NCBI GenBank assembly: GCA_009859145.1
Contig: VRVR01000014.1
Location: 269,351 to 333,350 of the forward strand
Direction of reading: 5' to 3'
From: Andalucia godoyi And28
Taxonomy: Eukaryota > Protista > Jakobida
Length of the DNA stretch: 64,000 nucleotides
The notes beneath the pieces were generated by a model. The model saw nothing but the letters and a program-made list of their open reading frames with translations. It was not told the DNA's origin and ran no database searches. The position numbers and the translations under genes were made by a program. Of this stretch, positions 22,755 through 34,064 are shown piece after piece (the stretch's first letter is position 1; each line of letters begins with the position of its first letter).

Positions 22755-22890
22755 CCCTCCGATTTCTCTACAGCAGATAGCAGCATTAGAAGCAAATGTG
22801 TGAGTTCTATTCAGAAAGGAGGGCAGGGCCCAGTACACCGAGGCGTTTCTTCCAATAGATGTTGCGCGCACCATTCCATCCTCGATCCAG
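22755..22890 (-). mobile_element. Diverged Fanzor/TnpB 3' remnant (copy C); boundaries uncertain
   Basis: Frame 22890-22807 reads LDRGWNGARNIYWKKRLGVLGPALLSE*. The DNA resembles copies A and B over this motif, and a CCCTCC..TTTCT / AGAAAGGAGGG stem spans 22755-22823. Confidence 0.6.
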
Positions 22891-23308
22891 ACGTGCCGGA
22901 GATTCAGAACTGTGGGCGCGAGGACTGAGGAGGGGTCTTTTTTCTGTGGGGTGAAATAAATAAAATACAAAAAAAAATAAGTAAATATTTAAATATAAAA
23001 CCTTTCCCCGAACGAAATGTCAATGGACTGGCGTGAATGAAAAAAGTCGACTGGAAAAGCATTGTCTGAAATTTCTGGATGAGCGGGGTAAGGTAGGGTA
23101 AAGAATGAAGTACCCACTTGCCAAAACGAAACCCAAGCTGAGAACCATTGAGAAAGCGAGATGCGGTTTTGCTTATTTGCTTGCTTATGGATTGTCAATG
23201 GTCCACGGATGAACCGCAGGGTTTTCGGTTCTCCGCGCGTCATTTATCACTCTTGTTGTGTTTTTTGCCTGTTTTTGCAAGTGTTGGATGCTTGTCTGTT
23301 GAGGGGAG

Positions 23309-24775
23309 ATGTCCTTGTTGGAAGGCACGTTTCTGCTGTATGCTGGTGAGAACGAGTATGAGACGGTGGATGCAGTTCTTTCGTCCACTGCGCTGATTCT
23401 GCGGCTTTCTGCAGCGCCGACAGACTGCATATCGATTGCACTTGGTCCCTTTTTCACGGTTCTTGCCACCCAAATCCCACAATTGCCTGGGCCTATGCCT
23501 AAGTCGCCCGCGTCGTTGGGCCCCTCAATGAAAATAAGCTCTGCAATCGAAATCGTGACGCCGGAAACCTCGGTTTTGCTGTGCGAAACGGGGGATTCTC
23601 ACGAGCTGCACACAACTTGGACGCTGTTTCTTACCCAGGCATCCGTGCTGGTTACCCAGTCGCTCTTTCCTCTGAGCTCCGAGCACCTTTTCTTGTGGTT
23701 TTCACCGCCGGAAGAGGCGCTATTCGACGTTCTGAGTGCCGCAAAGAAGGAACGCGGAATCCCTGAAGACGTTGCGGTTCTGCTGACGCAGTTCAACGTG
23801 TCGCTCGTCCGCTTGTCCCTTGTCCCAAGGACTGCAGAGCAGAATCGGCGATCGCTGATTGTGTTGAATCCGTATAATGGAAAGGAGCTATACGGGTTTT
23901 TTGGGTCCAGCAGTGGCGGCGGTGCCGTAACAGAGACCAGAGCCGGGACTCGGACAGGAATTGGAGACGACATCGCAGTCGAGGAGGTTTCAATCGTTGA
24001 GCTTTCTGGATCGGCGGTTTCGGTTGTGGTGAACGATAGTGAATTATTTGCTGCGTTCGATGAGAAAGCCCGGTCGCGGCTTTTGAAGGAGTTTTACGGA
24101 CAAGAGCGAAAGCGGCGAGAGGCGGTGACGAGAGACCGGACGGACACGACGAAGCGAGCTAGTATCACTGGTCGAAGCGCGGAGATTGCAAACGGGTCGC
24201 TTGTGTTTGGCGAGCGATTTTCGTTTTCCAACTCGGGATCAAATTCCACTGCGAGTTCGTCCGAGTCGGGCTCCATTGCAAATAGCAGGCCGAGCAGCCG
24301 TCAGGATTCCGGGCGACCTGCGGCAGCTGCGAGCGTCAATAGCAGAGTTTCGTTTGCAGAAGAAGTGCAGGTGATTCCCGAGCGAACTGCACCGATTGCT
24401 GCAACTTCCGAGACTGTCACGGATTCCATGGATTGGAAGGTCGAGTGCGTAAAGCTGTTGACGAAAGTTCAGGTTCTTAGCGACGAGAATGCTGTTTTGG
24501 TGACACAAGTCAGTGCGATGCGAGGGCAATTGAACGAGGCGCATAACCGGATTCGAGAGCTCGAGCTCAAAATAGCGCAGAACTCGACTGGAGTTCACCA
24601 GCACCGTGATGCACCACTCTCCATGAATCATCACGATTGCCAGCTTCCTCAACAGCAGCTGCAGCATGGGACAGAATCTGCACAAAGGACATTGAGCCGC
24701 AGCAATTCCCTCACGCAGTCGAGCGATTCCCCATCGACGTTTTCTCCAAAATCAAGGTTCCTTGCGAAGAAGTAA
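23309..24775 (+). CDS. Hypothetical protein with a coiled coil and an RVxF-like motif
   Basis: 488-aa ORF; SRVSFAEEVQVIP followed by a heptad coiled coil (WKVECVKLLTKVQVL...IRELELKI). Confidence 0.75.
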   Translation: MSLLEGTFLLYAGENEYETVDAVLSSTALILRLSAAPTDCISIALGPFFTVLATQIPQLPGPMPKSPASLGPSMKISSAIEIVTPETSVLLCETGDSHELHTTWTLFLTQASVLVTQSLFPLSSEHLFLWFSPPEEALFDVLSAAKKERGIPEDVAVLLTQFNVSLVRLSLVPRTAEQNRRSLIVLNPYNGKELYGFFGSSSGGGAVTETRAGTRTGIGDDIAVEEVSIVELSGSAVSVVVNDSELFAAFDEKARSRLLKEFYGQERKRREAVTRDRTDTTKRASITGRSAEIANGSLVFGERFSFSNSGSNSTASSSESGSIANSRPSSRQDSGRPAAAASVNSRVSFAEEVQVIPERTAPIAATSETVTDSMDWKVECVKLLTKVQVLSDENAVLVTQVSAMRGQLNEAHNRIRELELKIAQNSTGVHQHRDAPLSMNHHDCQLPQQQLQHGTESAQRTLSRSNSLTQSSDSPSTFSPKSRFLAKK

Positions 24776-25126
24776 TTCGCAGAGTTACGCACCGTGTTGC
24801 TGTTCATTCCACAAGCCCAGCAAAAAAGCAAACAAATGTAGGTATGTACATAAATGATGTTAAAATGTAAGTCCACTCGACTGTTTTCTTCAGCAAAGTG
24901 GTGTATCGTCCGTGTCTACTTCTCGTCCTCTCCCCGAACTCCTACGAGATTTTTGCAGGACCGACGTGGAACGGGAATCTCGAGTAGACGAAGATTTCGT
25001 TTGCCCTCTCCCCCTCCCTGCTAACAAAGGCCCAAAACAAGCCCTCGAGAACTGAGGAAAGAACGAGAACGTTCTTCCTTTTTATACATAATACTATACA
25101 AGATGGGAAAAACAGTGCGAATGGAG

Positions 25127-26255
25127 TCAGCTGAATCGGCCTCCAAGGCCATCGGCGTACTGCTGCTGGTGTTGCGGATGATGATATGACCCCATTTCAT
25201 CGTCGCTCAGCTCATCATGCTGAACTGCAGACCCGTATCTGTTTCTTGCGCCGGCACTGCCAGGTCGCCCACTTTGTACGTTGTTTCTACTGGACGGGTT
25301 CAGCGCCGCGTAATTTGAATTTCTCGCGAATCCAGAGACCGACATAGACGACGATGCCGAGTCACCCGCTCCATTCCAAGCGGACTTTCTAATTCCATCT
25401 CCGTTGCTGCTCGTCGCCGGTGGTTTGCCAAGCATGACTGGTTCTGCATTTTCCATTTCTGCGACCCGTCCAAACCAGGTGTTGCTTGCAGTTCCTTTGC
25501 TCAGCAGTGTGGACACCGCTTGCTGCACCAGGTCTTCTTCCGACCCATCGAATTCAATGTAGGTCCTGCTCTTCCGCTTTGGACTGCCAGGTCGCAGAAC
25601 CTCCACGGCGCCCTGGGGCACAGGCTGGGTGTGCAGTCGCGGATCCAGCAACATTCCCTGCTCTGCATACACGGACGCCTGCGAAGGGGGCCGCGACATA
25701 GCAGGCAACGGAGTTCTTCTTACCGGGCTTGCCGGGCGTTCACGCTCCATCGAAAGCGAGAGCGCCGCAGCAGACGGCCGACTCGCGATTGATGTCGGTG
25801 GCTGTACAACAGTCGGAACCGGATTCCACGACACCTGGGGATGATGGTGCCTTTCAGCGTTTGCATGCTGCGCCACAACCTGAGTCGGCACCAACGGCTG
25901 CGGCTCTGAAGCGGGCACTTGCAGTGGCTTTTGGTCGATGCGAGACTCGTCTGTTTGAATGACAATCGAGTTCTTGGCGACTCGTTTGAGCTTGCGTCTC
26001 AGCTTTCGTGCCAGATAGCCCTTCCAAACCGCCTGAATCTTTCGAGCAGCCACAAACTCGCGAGTGTCGATCTTCTTCTCCACTACATTTGCGCTCACAT
26101 TCCCATTCTCGTCAATCGAGATCGTAATGTGGATGTTCCGGCGCCCAGATGCCAGTAGCGCCCGAAGATCAATCCCTTTTGGTGCACTTGCCTCTTCCGC
26201 CTGTTTCGTCTTTTCCCGTGAATCATCAGCAGAGCCATCGGAGCCGTCATCATCA

Positions 26256-26290
<35 letters not shown>

Positions 26291-26476
26291 TCCATCGTCA
26301 TCGTCATCGCCCGAGTCATCGCCCGAGTCATCGCCCGAGTCATTGTCCGAGTCATTGTCCGAGTCATTGTCCGAGTCATTGTCCGAGTCATTGTCCGAAT
26401 TCTCTTCTTCAGAATCGTCGGAATTGTCGTCGCTGCTTGCATTGGAAGACCCGTCATCATCGGAATCCGAAGCCAT
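25127..26476 (-). CDS. IQ-motif protein with an Asp-rich N-terminus
   Basis: ATG 26476 (MASDSDDDG); AARKIQAVWKGYLARKLRRKLKR fits the IQ consensus. Confidence 0.8.
26310..26399 (-). repeat. 12-bp coding tandem repeat (DSDN x5, DSGD x3)
   Basis: GACTCGGACAAT / GACTCGGGCGAT units in tandem. Confidence 0.85.
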
Positions 26477-27013
26477 TGTATTCTTCGATTGCACACGGAA
26501 CACTTCAAAACAAAAACAAAAACAAAAACACTCCAAAAACAAAAACAAAAACACTCCAAAAACAAGAAGAGAAGCACGAAAAACAAGAAGAGAAGCACGA
26601 AACGAAAATTTAAAATAAGGAGATTAACGGCTTCGTCGCCGACTGTAGCTGCATGTTTTCATCCCGCATCACCTGCCGTAGATGCACCCCTGCGTCGGGA
26701 CAACAGACCCAAAGAGACCCAAAGCAACGTCCGGGTTTGCGCATGCATTTCTGCTTCATTTATCTAATTGCTTTTGGCCTGTGGCTTTGCGGTCAAGTGT
26801 TGTTGATCAAAAGAACGTATTATAACAACAGAGTAAGCTCTCCTTTTTCTTTTTTCTTTTTCTTTTTTCTTCATTCCCTTTTCTTTCTTCTTTCTTCTTT
26901 TTCTTTTTCTGATTTTGTTTTGGTTTAGTTTAGTTTTTAAAAAAAGAAAAAATAGTATTACTTTAGTTTGGCTGGTGTTTTGTCTTGGGGAGACGGACAC
27001 GAAGAATAGAAAA

Positions 27014-30000
27014 ATGCTGTCTTCTGCGTTCAGGAATCTTGATCCTCAGCAAACCGGGCGAGTGTCTGTGCAGGATTTTCAAAAGGCACTTGGGCAGTTT
27101 GGCATAAAGTCGGGGATCAATCCGATTCTGCGCAAGTTTCAAACTGAGCAAGGCTCAGTTGCTTATGGAGACTTTCTGAACTACTTTGATTCGGTCCGCG
27201 GCGAGCGCCGAGCAGTCTCCTCCAACAGACCCGCTCAATCTGCTAATCAAATCGTACGTTTTTCTCAACACGATCCTTCTTTTTGAAATTTGTAATTTGA
27301 ATACTCCGACTGTTTACGGTAACACTAATGTGACAACGACGACGATGTTGGTGATAACTGTTGATCTTCTGTAGAATGCGCGGCTGAAGGAGATTGAAGC
27401 GACGATTCCAGAGGCGGCGGAAAGCTCTCCAAGCGCAAACTCGACTCCTAGCAAGCTGCATCGTGTGCAAAAGCTCTATTCGGACTTGCGGATTGCTCCG
27501 GATAGTCCGACTGCCCTCCAAGCGCTGTTTGCGGTGCACGTGTCTCCTTCTCCTTCTTCTTCTTCTTCTTCTTCAGCTTCAATTCCTCCCCCTCCCCATT
27601 CTTCTTCCGGGAAGCCTGGGTCTGAGGGCGCCAATGGGAATGGCAATGCATCGCTCAGTGTGCACCAGTCTCAGTCGGCAAACTTTGCCTACTTGTCTAC
27701 GGGAGCAACACCGAGCGTAGATCCATTGGTTGCAAAGAAGCAGCGGATAGGGAATCTTCTGCGGAACATGGACGCGGAAGGCACGGGATCGGTTCCAGTG
27801 TCTGAGTTCAAGATTTCCCTCGAGACGGTCGGGATTGACCCGTCTTCAGAGCGCGTGCAGCGCATGATGAAGCAGTCCATCGAGCCGAGCATCGCTGCCG
27901 CCTTGCCCTCATCCTCCGCCTCGCCGTCGTCGTTGTCGTTGTCGTCGTCCTCATCGACAAGAAGTAATGTTGACTATGTCAAGTTTCTTGCGTTGGTGGA
28001 TTCGGCATCGGAGCTGGAAGACACTTCGATCAGAAGACCTGTTGCCAAGCACAACATCGAGTCTGTTGAAGAGCGTGTGCCGGGAAAACCCCGACGACAC
28101 GGTTCTGCGACACCGCTCTCGTCTCCAAATCCGCTCAATGACGAAACTCCTGTCGTTTTCCGGCCGTCGAGAAGGCTTGTGGATGTCGAGGGGTATGCAG
28201 CAGAGAGTTGCGAAGAAAGGGACGTATTTCAGGGCGCTCATAGAAGAAAGATTCCGCAAAGCCAGTCCTCGACGCTAGAAGGAGATGATCATGTGATTCG
28301 CACTTCCGGAAAGCGTGGTGTAGTGAGAGCGAACTATTTCAAGTTCCTTGACTCGGAAGATTCGCCGTGGAATGTTCCAGATGCAATTCATGAAGACATG
28401 GAGATTCGCAAGGTGCGTGAGATTGTTGCTTCCAAGCTTGATTATTCCAAAGCCAATATCAGCAATCTGTTCCGAGAATTTGACGAAAATGGCGATGGCG
28501 TGATCTCTGTGGATGAGTTTAGAAACGGACTGCAGTCTTTGGGAGTCCACCTGCCGGAAGACAGGTTTCAGGTGCTTGTCAAGAAGACCGACAGAGACGG
28601 TGACGGAGAAATTGATTTTGGCGAGTTTGTGCAAGTGATGAAGTACCACGGTGGCAGTGGCGGTGAGATTTCAGAAGACCCGTTCGCAAAGCAAGCTTCC
28701 TCGCTGAAAAGACAGGCCTCGATTCGCATCATGCAGCGAGAGTCCAGCATGAAGGACATCATCCAAGGAAAGCCAGTGGAAGAGCTTGCAAACGGTTCCG
28801 ACGCCGACTATGGTACTAATGATAACGATTCTGCGGCCCCGTCTGGCACATCTGGCGCTTCTGTTGTCCGAAGAGGGCCTGTTTCAAAGACATTTGCGAC
28901 TTCCACATCCGATGTGCAAGATAGAAAGGAACTAGAGGCCTCTGTAAGAAGAGATCGCCGTCTGCGAGACAAAATTTGCAAGGCAATTTTCGAAAAGAAC
29001 CCCGGCACGTCCATCCGCGATCTGTTCCGTGCATTTGATGCTGACAAGAACGGACTGATTGATCATGAGGAATTCCGCAGGGGATTGAAGAGCGCAGGAG
29101 TCGATTTGACCATTAATGAGTTCGAGCGATTGGTTCACAATGTGGGAAAGCAAGAGCGCGATGGTGAAATCAGCTACACGGAATTTGCGTCATTAATGGG
29201 TCTTGATGAAGTGCCTGCGGGTGCCACGCTGAATGCTGGAGATACTAGCGAGGATGCTGTTAGCAATGGGTACCGCGGAGTCAAGCATTTTGGCAATACA
29301 CCAGACCATATGCAGTCTTCCATCTACGAGCATCAGGAGGTGCAGCGGCTCACTCCTGCACAGCGACACGGTATTGTGCTTCGCAAGAAGTTGACTGAAA
29401 AGCTGGATGCTTTGGGGAAAACGGCTACGGAAGTCTTTTTGGAACTGGATGCCGACAGGTCGGGCCTCTTGTCTGCGGAGGAAATCACCAGTGGATTTGG
29501 CAAGTACGGTCTCAAACTGTCCCATGAAGATGTGGATCAAATTGTGGAACGCTGCGATCCAGAGGGTTCTGGAAAGATTACTGTGTCTGATATTGCAGCA
29601 TATTTGGCCCTTGAAACGGCTGGCCCTGCGACTGGGACGAATCCCTCGAAGCTTCAACGCTCATTGTCGAACATGCACCGTATTTCCAAAGAATCTTCCG
29701 AAGTTCAAAAAGAGCGTGGTTTGTTCAACCAGATCCGCCAAAAATTCTCCGAGCGTTCCACATCTGCTCGCCGACTGTTCATGGACCTGGACATAAATCA
29801 CGATGGAGAGCTTTCTCGGGAGGAGTTTGCGGATGGTCTGTTGCGCCAGGGTCTGAATTTGTCCAGTGCTGAAATCGATTTTGTGTATCGACGCTGCGAT
29901 GCAGACCAGTCCGGTACCGTTGATCTTTCGGAATTCCAACGAGTGTTCGACGGAGTTGTTAGTGGCGAGTCCGCGAAATCAAGCACCGTCAATGCTGCGG

Positions 30001-32144
30001 GTGGGAGTGTAGACTACTCACGGGTTCCTTTACAGATGCGATCGCATTTTGACAATGGCGGCTGGACGTCCGAGATGGCTACTCCGATGGTCCAGAGTCG
30101 ACACGTTGACACGCGGCTCTTTGAGAAGCGAATGTTTGGGGATGACGACGACGCAGCGTCGTCGGTGGACATGTCTTCGGACCATGGCGGTCCTGGTGGT
30201 GACGACAGTCACTCAGTGGTGTCTCAAGAATCACGGTCGACTGGTTCAAACACTTTCCACCAGTTTTTGCAGCAACCGCTGTCTTCCGGGGATGCAAGCT
30301 TACCTTCATCGTTTGCTTTCAAGCCTCGCTCGAGTTTTAATCCGGACGTGAATAGTGAGGATGCGTCGCATGGCTCGAACTCCCAGCACAACAACAGCAA
30401 CAGCAACAGCAACATCAACGACAGCATCAGCAGCAGCAGCGGCGGCTTGAATATGAGTACGAGTGGCAGCCGACCGGCAGTATCATGGAACGAGCCTGCA
30501 GGACGTGCGCTTCGTTCGTCTCTATTGGATCTTCATTCTGCAGCCCAAATTCGGGAAACGTTTCGCATTTTTGATCGCAATCGAAACGGCAAGATTGCAA
30601 GAACTGATTTTGAGGCTGCGGTTCGCTCGCTCCTTCACAGTGCGACGGGGCTCACGGACCGCAAGTCCAAGACGGACAACCTGCTTGTCGAGCGTGCGAC
30701 GCAGGCGTTTTCGGAAGGACGAGAGGGCGTTGTTGTGGACTATTCCAAGTTTATGCACGCTCTTGATCTTTCCAAGCAGCTTTTCGAAGACTCTGCAAGT
30801 TTCCAGTCAGGAGCAAACGAGAAGCCGATTATTGACGCGCACCGTACCACTACTGCAAACAGCATCATCGCTCACGAAGAGTTTGCAGCTCCCTCTGAAC
30901 AGGTCCGTGCGCTTGTTTCACCGATGAAGCCTCGTCGGGGACACGACGACCACTTTGACATGCTGCATTTCCCATCGGAACGCTCCGAAGTCGATTCGAA
31001 CCAGTCTCCCAAACCTCAGCGGACCGGGCGTCGAATGGTCACTGCGCCCCGGCAAGACTCCCTTCTTGGAACCACATTCAAAGAGCTACCGTCAAACTCA
31101 TCCTCTCCTCCGCCACCACTGCCACCTCCTACTCATAGCCGTTCCAATGCCCAAGCCTCACCGTCCCAGTCTCTCGGGGTTTTGCCTCTTGCTCCCGAGC
31201 AAGTCCCGCGATCGTCGATCCGGGTCTATCATTCCTCTTCTCCTTCTCCTTCTGCGTCTGCGTCTGCGCCCCGGAATGGTACAGAGTCGCCACGGCCGAC
31301 GACGGGAACTGCGGGCCAGCAGTCTGCTGTTGGCGAGCAAAAGCTCTTTGCAGCCAAGCGCCGAGCTCCGATTCCGGACTCTGGTGATCTCTCTGTGAAC
31401 CTTGTTCGCGGCACAAAGCGAGTTTCGACAGCGACCTCTGAGCCCGAGTCGTCTCGAAAGCTGTTCCTCTCAAAGAAGCGCGTGGTAGATGCGCCGCAAG
31501 AGTCCATTTCTCTCGAGTTTGCAGAAAACACACCGCGAGAACCAGATCGAGGTTCTTCGTTGTCGTCGTCTTCGGCAATGCAGAAGCAACCGGAAAAGAC
31601 GCGCAAGATTGATGACCTGATCCGACAGAAGGTATACCAGAACTCGTCGTCGCCACGCCAGGCATTCAACCGTGTGATTTCCGATCCAAGAAAAGACCGC
31701 GTGTCCGTCGAAGATTTGCAACTTGCACTGCGCAACATGAATCTCGAAGTCTCTGCGGCCCAAGTGCGCCGGGTTGTTCGCGAAGCCAACCGCGGTCGTG
31801 CATCCGAAGGACTTACGTATGAGCAATTCTGCAATGGATTCCTCGAACCCACCACCACCACCACAAGAGGCGCAGGCTCTCCAGCCACTGAAACTGGAGA
31901 AAAGTCTCACGTGATGAGGTCCCCGAATGTGTCGCGCCAGGCAGCGTTTTCCGCGCAGAACCACGGAAACATCCTTGCGCATCACTCGGGGCCGGCAGAC
32001 CAAGCAGAAAAGACAGTCGAACCACTCAGGCCCGTCGGCCCGTACCACTCTCCCCACTCTCGAGGAACTGTCTACTCCTCTCCATCGGCTCGCGCCCGCG
32101 GTTCTCCACGCTCCTCGGGCGACATTATCGCATGGAGAGAATGA
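27014..32144 (+). CDS. Giant multi-EF-hand protein (about 1670 aa, about 8 EF-hand pairs), 2 exons
   Basis: Exon 27014-27253, intron 27254-27374, exon 27375-32144. Loops include DENGDGVISVDEF, DRDGDGEIDFGEF, DADKNGLIDHEEF, DADRSGLLSAEEI, DINHDGELSREEF, DADQSGTVDLSEF, DRNRNGKIARTDF. Confidence 0.9.
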
Positions 32145-32289
32145 CCAGCCCACCCCCCAGTCGTACTGGTCGTAAAAAACAATAAATTGTCAAATTTCTC
32201 GTTTCCTGAACGGTACAGCAGGTGATGACACCTTGTTTTGGTATTTTATTCTTTGAATTTATATAGTAATAATTATTAAAAAAAAAAGA

Positions 32290-32490
32290 CTAGGATGCTT
32301 CGGGCTTTGGCACGGCGAGAGGAGGACGGGGCGATGATTCAGGGGATGGCTTACGGCTTCGTAGGGAGTGAAGGTTGAAAGCATCTTCGAAAAAGATGCC
32401 AAATGAAGCAAATGCAACGCCGGAAAGACCGAGAAACAGCCTTGCACGTCTCGGAATCGCCCTATACCTGTCCCAGATGCCCGCCGCCAT
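32290..32490 (-). CDS. Small single-pass membrane protein
   Basis: 66 aa: MAAGIWDRYRAIPRRARLFLGLSGVAFASFGIFFED..., basic N-terminus plus one hydrophobic helix, flanked by AT-rich spacers. Confidence 0.55.
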   Translation of the reverse strand: MAAGIWDRYRAIPRRARLFLGLSGVAFASFGIFFEDAFNLHSLRSRKPSPESSPRPPLAVPKPEAS

Positions 32491-32643
32491 TCCAATCTAC
32501 TAGAAAAATAACTAGCTGTTGAATCGAACGAAGAAGCAAGAAGAAGCAAGGGAGAAGGGGGAAAAAAAAAATAAGAAAGAAAAGAGGAAAGAAAGGGTTT
32601 GAACGCGGAAGCCATTAGACAAAAAGAAAAGGCTTTTGGAAAA

Positions 32644-33255
32644 TTACAGAACAGACGAGAGAGCGACGGAGACTACGGTCGCGAGGCCCTGGGCCATGAG
32701 GACGAGGAGAATGGCGCGGAGCCAGGTTGAGGCATTGTTGAGTGCGATTCCGACGGTGATTGCAAGTGATGCTAGGACGTAGAGATGGACGAGCCTGCTG
32801 TACATTGCCTGGGAATAGTTCCAAATGAACGGGAGCAGCAGCGCGGACTTGCCGAGGAGTGCGACGGCGAACTCGCGGGGTGTGAACGACGGTCCGGCAA
32901 GGAACAACAGTGCGCCGAGCATGACAGCGTAGTGCGTCGCGTCCAGCGCAAATTGTAGCATCAAGTGCCGCGGGGAGGCAGAGAGTGCCGCTTCAAGCAC
33001 GCAGTTGAGTGCCACTGCCGCAAACAACAAGACCGGCGACGCACTGGTCGTAAACTCCGTGTTGCGCAGCAAATGCCGAAATGCCGCCGGTCGTAACAGC
33101 AGCACATCCAGAAGAATCACAATCAGCTCCAGCTCAATGTACGGGTCCGCGGGCTTGCGACACCCCGTGCAGTCCGTCAGCCGCAAGTCATCCTGCACAC
33201 GGACAGCCGTATACAAGTCTGGAACAGACGCTCCACAATGCACACACTGCGGCAT
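32644..33255 (-). CDS. ARV1: ARV1 lipid-homeostasis protein
   Basis: CVHCG...LRLTDCTGCRKPADPYIELE...LDVLLLRPAAFRHLLRN is the Arv1 homology domain, followed by TM helices. Confidence 0.92.
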   Translation of the reverse strand: MPQCVHCGASVPDLYTAVRVQDDLRLTDCTGCRKPADPYIELELIVILLDVLLLRPAAFRHLLRNTEFTTSASPVLLFAAVALNCVLEAALSASPRHLMLQFALDATHYAVMLGALLFLAGPSFTPREFAVALLGKSALLLPFIWNYSQAMYSRLVHLYVLASLAITVGIALNNASTWLRAILLVLMAQGLATVVSVALSSVL

Positions 33256-33570
33256 CGTTGTCCTTGCGCGCTCGAGTCAAGACAAGAAAAAAGCAAATCA
33301 TACTCGCTGACAGAATGCAATCCACCAAAAAAGTCGACAATGTTCAATCTTTCCGTCAAACAGACTTCCAAAAGAAAGAACGGAAGCAAAACCCGTTTTA
33401 GCATCACTTGATGCAATATTTTCTCTCCGCCCTGTTTTCCCCCCTTTTAGCTTTCGTCGCGTTTGATTGGCTTTGGATGGGAAAAATGGAAAGAAGGGGA
33501 ATATATTTATTTTTAATTAAAAGAAAAGAGAACAAAAAGCAGGGAAAAAAAGAAAGGGGAAAAAAAAGAG

Positions 33571-33999
33571 ATGTCAGGAGTTGGCCTGCGGTCGTCTGTG
33601 CTCGGGTCGTTTCGGCGGTTGCTGCGAGCGGCCGAGGCGACGTTCTCGCATGATTCGCAGATGCTCGTTTCGTCGCGCTCGGAGATCCGGTCGCACTACG
33701 ATTCGAATCGACAGTTGTCGAACAGCGGGATGATACGACAGGCGCTTGAGATGGCGGAGGAAGCGGCGCGGTTTGTGCGTCAAGCGGTCGTACAGACGGA
33801 TGGAGCGCGTCTGCGGATGTCCGCGGAGCAAGTACAGCTGGCGAACGGATATGTTGAGATTGAGCAGGTGAATGCGGATCTGCTGCGGGCGGTGGACGAC
33901 GAGGTCAGAGGAGTGGCCGTGGAGAAGAAAGTATGCGATGGATCGTCGTGCAAGTCATGCTCCTGCGGCAAGGTCGCCCGCACTGCTTGCTCGTCGTGA
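33571..33999 (+). CDS. LYRM7: LYR-family protein, Mzm1/LYRM7-like complex III assembly factor
   Basis: VLGSFRRLLRAAEATFSHDSQMLVSSRSEIRSHY matches the recalled LYR/Mzm1 pattern. Confidence 0.75.
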   Translation: MSGVGLRSSVLGSFRRLLRAAEATFSHDSQMLVSSRSEIRSHYDSNRQLSNSGMIRQALEMAEEAARFVRQAVVQTDGARLRMSAEQVQLANGYVEIEQVNADLLRAVDDEVRGVAVEKKVCDGSSCKSCSCGKVARTACSS

Positions 34000-34064
34000 G
34001 TCTGTACAGAAAGTAAGTCAATCAGAAATAAAAATGTGTTGAGCGGTTTAATGTCCGTTTGCAG

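Noticed and set aside
22668-22970. ORF with WIEDGMVRATSIGRNASVYWALPS resembling Mnd1 (DDGMV...IG...YWAFPS)
   Set aside because: No Mnd1 N-terminus or coiled coil is nearby. The overlapping frame and the DNA match the Fanzor remnants better.
24955-25020. GACCGACGTGGAACGG, weakly like the DR.WNG codons of the elements
   Set aside because: The match is too short and needs several indels.
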